Origin: Candidatus Kaelpia imicola
Lineage (GTDB): Bacteria; Omnitrophota; Gorgyraeia; Kaelpiales; Kaelpiaceae
Assembly: GCA_030765505.1 (NCBI GenBank)
Contig: JAVCCL010000008.1
Coordinates: forward strand, 1-59,676
Reading direction: 5' to 3'
Length of the DNA: 59,676 nt
This document shows positions 54,932-59,676 of the stretch, piece after piece. The notes below the pieces were generated by a model. That model ran no database searches. It was not told the DNA's origin and saw only the letters and a program-made list of their open reading frames with translations. The position numbers and the translations under genes are program-made. Numbering within the stretch: the first letter of the stretch is position 1; each line of letters starts with the position of its first letter.

Positions 54932-55792
54932 TCAAAACTCACCCTCGTTCACCTCAAGCCAATTCTGATAACTTTCTTTGCAAAACTCCTCAAAGTCGCC
55001 CTCTTCAAACTCCTGCTCTAAATCTTCCCTATTCTGCTTAACAAATTTCTTATAAGAAAGCTTTTCAATAACTTCCTCATACTCTATCTTGCTTTCAGGA
55101 AATTCCAAAAACGGATTTTTCTTAGTTATCTCTTTCAGCTCTTTCTCAATCTCTTTAAGCTGGTTATTATATTCCTTTTTGCTGATATAAAGCTTTAAAG
55201 TTTTGTCCTCATCACAAGAGTAATAATAATTTTTCTCTTTGCCTATCCTGTCTTTTAAACTCTTTATCTCTTCCAGCAGATAAATATACCTGTCCACAGC
55301 TTTTATCTGCAACTTCGTAGTTTCCTTCTGCAAACTGCAAAGTTTTTTCACAACCTTTGGGAAATAACAAATTCCCTTTTCAGCCAAAAACTTCTTAGCC
55401 ATAGGATAAACCACAATATCTATATCTTCAAAATTCACACTAACTTTCTTAAGATTTAAGTTTTCCATTTCCCACATACTCATCTTGTTTTCTTTTCTGT
55501 TGAAATTTCGTGGGATATACTGGGGTATTTTTACCCATCTTGTAAATTCTGCAACAAAACTATCCAAGCCATGCGTTTCATAATAGCCAACAAATGGCAA
55601 ATCCGTGCTTATGCTAATTTCTGCCTTAGTCTCAGCAAGATTCAAGCTGACTTCAAGCTTAACAATTATTCCATATCTTTTATATTCAGGAATTATATTA
55701 AAAAGATTAACCCCTTTATTTCTTCTGTCCAGCCTCTGCTGTAGTTTAATATCCTCTTTTATTTTCTCGTGTATTTCATCTATTTCCATCAT
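54932..55792 (-). CDS. Hypothetical protein with coiled-coil/acidic C-terminus
   Basis: 286 aa and the last gene of the 57495-54932 operon. It converges on the STAND-like gene with an 8-nt gap. Confidence 0.55.
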   Translation of the reverse strand: MMEIDEIHEKIKEDIKLQQRLDRRNKGVNLFNIIPEYKRYGIIVKLEVSLNLAETKAEISISTDLPFVGYYETHGLDSFVAEFTRWVKIPQYIPRNFNRKENKMSMWEMENLNLKKVSVNFEDIDIVVYPMAKKFLAEKGICYFPKVVKKLCSLQKETTKLQIKAVDRYIYLLEEIKSLKDRIGKEKNYYYSCDEDKTLKLYISKKEYNNQLKEIEKELKEITKKNPFLEFPESKIEYEEVIEKLSYKKFVKQNREDLEQEFEEGDFEEFCKESYQNWLEVNEGEF

Positions 55793-55799
55793 ATCCGCC

Positions 55800-55973
55800 T
55801 CATATCAGTTTTACTTGCTCATCTGCTATTGAAATTTCTTCTTCGCTTGTATTATCAACAAGCCAAGTTTTACCCTCATGCATTACTTTGCCTATGTCGT
55901 CTTCCTGCCATTCCATCGGCAATATCGCAAACAACGCATTACCTTTTTTATCCCAAGCTACAAATCCTTTCAT
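55800..55973 (-). CDS. Candidate small protein (57 aa)
   Basis: It reads MKGFVAWDKKGNALFAILPMEWQEDDIGKVMHEGKTWLVDNTSEEEISIADEQVKLI. Its ATG overlaps the stop of the upstream gene (ATGA). It fills an otherwise empty gap in the operon. Confidence 0.4.
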   Translation of the reverse strand: MKGFVAWDKKGNALFAILPMEWQEDDIGKVMHEGKTWLVDNTSEEEISIADEQVKLI

Positions 55974-56413
55974 TTTTCTACCTCACCTTTGTCGTCTTTA
56001 GCCAGAGGGCAAACAACAATTACAGTATCATTTATCTGAATAAACATTTCGTTGTTGTTTTCAGAACTTACTATCAACTCGCCCTCATCACCCAACAGCT
56101 TTACAACCTCGCCAAGCTGTTTCATGTTAAATCTAACAAACTCTTTGCCATTAAATCTGCTGTTAGTCACTATAAGCTTTGTTATAGTGTCATCAGATAC
56201 AGTTATTGTATCTTCATTAACAGCTATACCGTACTTCTCTGCCAATTCGTTGTCTTTAAGCAGATTGTCTGCCGAATACTTCCTAACCCATTTAAGCAGG
56301 GGTATGTTGTTTAATAAACTTTTAACCCATGCCATGTCTTTTTTTGTTTTTAGTTCTGTTTTTTGCTCCATTTTTTTTATTCCTCCATTAGTGTCATAGT
56401 TTTTCAATGTCAC
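55970..56413 (-). CDS. Hypothetical protein
   Basis: A 147-aa ORF. An alternative start, MEQKT at 56371, has a GGAGG SD. Confidence 0.5.
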   Translation of the reverse strand: MTLKNYDTNGGIKKMEQKTELKTKKDMAWVKSLLNNIPLLKWVRKYSADNLLKDNELAEKYGIAVNEDTITVSDDTITKLIVTNSRFNGKEFVRFNMKQLGEVVKLLGDEGELIVSSENNNEMFIQINDTVIVVCPLAKDDKGEVEK

Positions 56414-57372
56414 TTTGACACTTCTTTTTTTATTCTAAAAAATGTCCTTCTGCTCTTGCCTGTTCTCTGCCAAAAATGAACAGCCTGTTCAGAAACAGAT
56501 AAATCTGATTTCATTAATTTCAAAACTATTTCCTTATCTTCGTCTTTTTCAACAGTTGCCTTAAAAAGTTCTTTTGCGTTTGCCTTATCTTCTTTTACAA
56601 ACGCTATGGCTTTTTTCAGCAATCTAAAATTAAAGTTTCTGGTTGCCTCGCTTGTCTCTTCCTTAATAAGCTTTAAGCACTCCTGCTTTTGCTTCATGCT
56701 TAAATCTTTCCTGCTGTCAATTAACTTCCCAATAATCTCTATTTTTTGCTCAAAGCTCAATTTAAACTCATACGAAACTGTCCTGCTAATCATGGCACTT
56801 ACGCCTATATCCTGCTGGTTTGGTATCTTGTTGCATAGAATTATCAGCTTTGCCTTAAACTCAAAAATATCAGGCAAACCCTCTGCCTTTTCGCTTTTTG
56901 TATTGTATTGGATAAGCCTCTTGCCCCCGCTTTCCCACAAAGCCCCTTTAAGTATTGAAGTGGCAACAGGATTGCCAAAAATGCCCTCTATATCGTCAAG
57001 TATCAAAAGCTTTTTGTTTCTTGCCCTATACAATATCTCATAAATAGACAGAGGCGTTGAATATCCGTTATAATATTCGTAATCATCAGGCTCTAAAATT
57101 TCCCTCACTCTATTTATCGCAAGAACTGTCTTGCCTAATCCGCCCTCACCATAAAAAATAAGTGCGTTATATTCCTTTGTATTCAATGTCACTTTGATTA
57201 AATTCTTTGGGATATTAAATTCTGGAATATCCACATAGTTAGCAAATTTCAGCTTTTTCCATTCATCAATTATATGCCTTTGCTTTGAGTCGGGCTTTTC
57301 AGGCTTTACGCTGATAAATTTACTTGCCTCTGTAAGTGTCTTTTTCAGGTTTTGCAATTCGTGGGGTTTCAT
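56410..57372 (-). CDS. AAA+-type P-loop ATPase with C-terminal HTH
   Basis: 320 aa with Walker A GEGGLGKT (57127-57150), Walker B LLILDDIEG and sensor-like LIILCN. The C-terminal GKSRRTFFRIKKE is an HTH-like tail. Confidence 0.7.
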   Translation of the reverse strand: MKPHELQNLKKTLTEASKFISVKPEKPDSKQRHIIDEWKKLKFANYVDIPEFNIPKNLIKVTLNTKEYNALIFYGEGGLGKTVLAINRVREILEPDDYEYYNGYSTPLSIYEILYRARNKKLLILDDIEGIFGNPVATSILKGALWESGGKRLIQYNTKSEKAEGLPDIFEFKAKLIILCNKIPNQQDIGVSAMISRTVSYEFKLSFEQKIEIIGKLIDSRKDLSMKQKQECLKLIKEETSEATRNFNFRLLKKAIAFVKEDKANAKELFKATVEKDEDKEIVLKLMKSDLSVSEQAVHFWQRTGKSRRTFFRIKKEVSK

Positions 57373-57375
57373 TTT

Positions 57376-57495
57376 CTAAAATGCTGTTGCATAACTGTAT
57401 TTGTTTTTGTCATATATCGGCTTGTTGCAGATTTCACAAAAATTATTTCTCTTGCACTCTTCGCAAGGCTCTGGGCAATCGCAGTATTTTGTCAT
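57376..57495 (-). CDS. Candidate Cys-rich mini-protein (39 aa)
   Basis: A GGAGG SD is followed by MTKYCDCPEPCEECKRNNFCEICNKPIYDKNKYSYATAF (7 Cys). Its stop lies 3 nt before the ATPase start. Confidence 0.4.
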   Translation of the reverse strand: MTKYCDCPEPCEECKRNNFCEICNKPIYDKNKYSYATAF

Positions 57496-57509
57496 TTTTT
57501 ACCTCCATC

Positions 57510-57878
57510 TTAATATTCACTTGTCAAAAGAAGAACGCCGTTAATGAAATATAGTTTTATCTCTTCCGTTGGAAAATCAGTATATTCTATTTCCTGTTTT
57601 ACAATTATCGGCGTATCGCTGTCCTCTTGCATTTGTAAAACTGCCAATTTGTCTTCATTAACTTTAAGCGTCCATATCTGAAATCCTTTCTCTTTCAGCT
57701 TATGCTGATAACTACCGATAGCGTCAAGCAACCAAAAACAGTTTGCTTTTTCTGCCAAAAACTTAACCCCGTCTGTATAATTAAATTCTAACCAATGGCG
57801 ATAATAATGCTCTGTCCCTGTAAAATTGGTTAATTCCTCTTTTAATGTCCTGCTCTCATTTTTTTGTTGGTATCCCAT
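57510..57878 (-). CDS. DUF6876-like protein (family common on conjugative/mobilisable elements)
   Basis: 122 aa with LTNFTGTEHYYRHWL..YTDGVKFLAEKANCFWLLDAI, which matches my memory of the DUF6876 N-terminal signature. Confidence 0.55.
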   Translation of the reverse strand: MGYQQKNESRTLKEELTNFTGTEHYYRHWLEFNYTDGVKFLAEKANCFWLLDAIGSYQHKLKEKGFQIWTLKVNEDKLAVLQMQEDSDTPIIVKQEIEYTDFPTEEIKLYFINGVLLLTSEY

Positions 57879-57891
57879 TTTTTACCTCCTT

Positions 57892-58134
57892 TTATAAAAC
57901 TGAACTATAATCTATTATGCAATGTCCGTCATAGATTTTGCCTATAACTTTTGGGTTATTGTATAGTACTCTGATTTTGTTTTGAGGCTCTTGCTCTGCC
58001 AAAACACTCCTTAAAAACCCTTTTAGTTTTTCCTCTTGGTAATCGCTGAGGTTTGCCATATCACTCTTTACAGCTATGCCTAAGCCCTCTGAAAGCTGGA
58101 CAATAACCGAAAGGTCTTTTTTTGTTTGTCTCAT
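57892..58134 (-). CDS. Hypothetical protein
   Basis: An 80-aa ORF with no motif. Confidence 0.45.
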   Translation of the reverse strand: MRQTKKDLSVIVQLSEGLGIAVKSDMANLSDYQEEKLKGFLRSVLAEQEPQNKIRVLYNNPKVIGKIYDGHCIIDYSSVL

Positions 58135-58272
58135 TTTTACCTCTTAAAAGCCTCTTTACGAAACTTTTATATATTGCCTCGGCTTAGAAATCGCTGAGGC
58201 AGTTGAATACGCTTTGCGGTGAATTTAATTTGTCTTTCTCTCATGGGTCTTTGACTTATGAGAGATTTTTTA

Positions 58273-58431
58273 TCATATTTTCTTTACGTTATGGTCTAAC
58301 CAATAATCTATTACTTCCAAACTTACGCTTTCAAAATCGTGAGGATTATTTACATTTCTAATTTGATTTAATCTCTTGTCTATAAAATAATTTTTCTTTC
58401 CTATCTGTATTTTCGGCAGTTCTCTTACCAT
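58273..58431 (-). CDS. Candidate small protein (52 aa)
   Basis: An AGGAGG SD is followed by MVRELPKIQIGKKNYFIDKRLNQIRNVNNPHDFESVSLEVIDYWLDHNVKKI. Confidence 0.4.
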   Translation of the reverse strand: MVRELPKIQIGKKNYFIDKRLNQIRNVNNPHDFESVSLEVIDYWLDHNVKKI

Positions 58432-58581
58432 TTTTTACCTCCTTTAAACATTCTGTGTTTTAATATTTTTCGTGTTCAAATTCCCAATCATAATTTTTGT
58501 CATATACAAGAAGGAATAAGCTTGGCTTCTCGCAATGTTTTCCTATGCAGTTTTTTCATTTCTTTTAAGCTAAAATCACAT

Positions 58582-58749
58582 TTACATATTTGGATTCAAC
58601 TTCTTTTCTCTTTTAAGCTTTCTTAATAACTCAAGACAGGCTCTATTAATAAACGCTTTTTCATTAGGAATAATAAACCTGTTATCATTCTCTTTAATCC
58701 ATTCCTTTATTTTTTTCTTTAAATTTGGATTAATGTTTGCGTTTCCCAT
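58582..58749 (-). CDS. Candidate ribbon-helix-helix-like small regulator (55 aa)
   Basis: It reads MGNANINPNLKKKIKEWIKENDNRFIIPNEKAFINRACLELLRKLKREKKLNPNM. This fits a short strand followed by two helices. It is the first gene after the 500-nt non-coding region. Confidence 0.35.
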   Translation of the reverse strand: MGNANINPNLKKKIKEWIKENDNRFIIPNEKAFINRACLELLRKLKREKKLNPNM

Positions 58750-59034
58750 CTTAAAGTTTGAAACTCTGAAAATACTCTTTCTAAGTATTGTAAAGATGGT
58801 GAACTATATAAACTTTTCTATACTGAAGAATACAGCTTTTAACACGCCAAAAGTAAGGAAAAACTGGGATTAAAAAAGGTAAGAATAGCTTAATAAAGGA
58901 TGCGGTATTTTGACAAAAAAATCAAAAATAAAAGACGTGTGGCTTTTTCCCCGCTTCGCTCCTTCCCTTTTCCTTTGTAACATATAAAATTCCGAAGGGA
59001 GTCGGATTACAAAAATATAAGGCTTATATATAGA

Positions 59035-59081
59035 AAGTGTAGTTTAAGGTGTAGCTTAATAAGACAAGCAAAACTACACTT
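59035..59081. repeat. Inverted repeat AAGTGTAGTTT / AAACTACACTT (11-bp arms, 25-nt spacer)
   Basis: The arms are at 59035-59045 and 59071-59081. It lies 17 nt from the right copy of the 11-nt direct repeat. Confidence 0.6.
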
Positions 59082-59097
59082 CGGATATTAAATAAGG

Positions 59098-59108
59098 GGC
59101 ACTTTATA
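59098..59108. repeat. Right copy of 11-nt direct repeat GGCACTTTATA (candidate att core)
   Basis: It matches 41541-41551 exactly. Confidence 0.4.
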
Positions 59109-59254
59109 GCCATGCCCAGGGCTTTTTGGTAGTAGTAGTGGTAGTATTAGCTTTTCCCCGCTGATGTCCTTATTCCATTCCTGAAATAAGTGAGAAGGGT
59201 GTCTCACCCTCGTAGGGGCTGGTTTTAAGACAACCAGCAACTTCTTTTATAGGC

Positions 59255-59509
59255 TCAGGCATTAAACGCTTCAAGCACAGCTTCCTGCAATGCCTGCTTT
59301 AACTCATCATCAAGCAAGCTAACGATTTCATGCCATTTACCGTCTTTTCCCTGATTCTGCGGCATTGATACAAACAACCCGTCCTTGCCTTCAACAACTC
59401 TCACGCCTTTGACTAACATCTGCCCTGATATAACAACATCAGCGAAAGCCTTGAGCGCTGAATCACCATTTAGCTTGTGTAATCTTGCGACCTCTAACAT
59501 TTTAATCAC
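59255..59509 (-). CDS. spoVG: SpoVG-family protein (host or element origin unresolved)
   Basis: 84 aa with ALKAFADVVISGQMLVKGVRVVEGKDGLFVSMPQ...DGKWHEIV, which follows the SpoVG consensus. Two stem-loops follow it (59219-59239 and 59208-59218). Confidence 0.75.
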   Translation of the reverse strand: MIKMLEVARLHKLNGDSALKAFADVVISGQMLVKGVRVVEGKDGLFVSMPQNQGKDGKWHEIVSLLDDELKQALQEAVLEAFNA

Positions 59510-59546
59510 CTCCTCTTTTCGTAGATTTTTTTAACGAGACAAATTC

Positions 59547-59676
59547 TTACCACCCCTGTGCCTTTCTGATTGTTTCAATCTCAAGTGCTTTTCTTGGCTC
59601 AAAATGTAAATCCCTATCAACTTCCACAAAAGACACCTTTAACTCGCACAGTTCTTTAAGGCTGAAATACCCCCAC
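59547..59676 (-). CDS. Partial CDS (C-terminal 42 codons; the start lies right of the window)
   Basis: The frame is open from the window edge and reads ...GYFSLKELCELKVSFVEVDRDLHFEPRKALEIETIRKAQGW, ending at TAA 59547-59549. Confidence 0.4.
   Translation of the reverse strand, partial: WGYFSLKELCELKVSFVEVDRDLHFEPRKALEIETIRKAQGW

Larger units (their letters stand above)
41541..59108. mobile_element. Integrated mobile element (integrative, possibly mobilisable) at the 5' end of miaB; right boundary tentative
   Basis: A serine recombinase and Xis-like HTH sit at the left end. Relaxase-like, TraD/HerA-like ATPase, DUF6876-like and defence-like genes follow, with no housekeeping genes. The 11-nt direct repeat GGCACTTTATA occurs at 41541-41551 and 59098-59108. 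The element could instead continue past 59676. Confidence 0.6.

Noticed and set aside
55769-57043. Plus-strand ORFs 55769-56314, 56052-56399 and 56606-57043.
   Set aside because: They are antisense shadows of the minus-strand AAA+ operon. Their translations are hydrophobic and low-complexity, as is typical of AT-rich antisense frames.
41541-59676. Calling the island a prophage.
   Set aside because: No terminase, portal, capsid, tail or lysis genes are recognisable in about 18 kb. SpoVG-like and Com-like small proteins are not diagnostic. Integrative (mobilisable) element is the more defensible label.

Overview
All calls are made by eye from motifs, because no database search was possible. 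This is an AT-rich bacterial chromosomal segment. I cannot assign the lineage without a search, but lpxL-like, msbA-like, SPOR/TPR and Tat genes suggest a diderm.

Bases 1-41545 hold about 50 tightly packed housekeeping genes, nearly all on the minus strand. They include era, fmt-def-priA, ugd, a split metH, tatAC, comEA-comEC, leuS, nfo, hflX-miaA and miaB, plus one tRNA-Arg(CCG). They also include a DUF523/TudS-like gene interrupted by an in-frame TAA.

From about 41.5 kb to about 59.1 kb, or possibly beyond the window, lies an integrated mobile element abutting the 5' end of miaB. It has a large serine recombinase whose ORF overlaps the miaB start, and a small Xis/MerR-type HTH gene. An 11-nt direct repeat, GGCACTTTATA, at 41541 and 59098 is a candidate att core.

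The main candidate for a novel system is a translationally packed minus-strand cassette at 48825-43674. It runs E2-like (UBC-type), JAB/JAMM peptidase, ThiF-type E1-like, an 804-aa HerA-FtsK/TraD-type ATPase and a 194-aa unknown. It has no CD-NTase and no recognisable ubiquitin-like gene, so it fits neither type II CBASS nor Bil as I know them. A 46-codon ORF ending ...HEWGCR sits just upstream.

Other accessory content:
- a Replic_Relax-type relaxase-like gene
- a 917-aa STAND-like P-loop NTPase with six near-identical 135-nt TPR-like repeats (NLR/Avs-like architecture)
- an AAA+ ATPase-HTH operon with unknown partners
- a DUF6876-like gene
- several Cys-rich mini-ORFs
- a structured 500-nt non-coding region

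No CRISPR array, rRNA, transposase, T4SS, capsid or terminase genes were seen.
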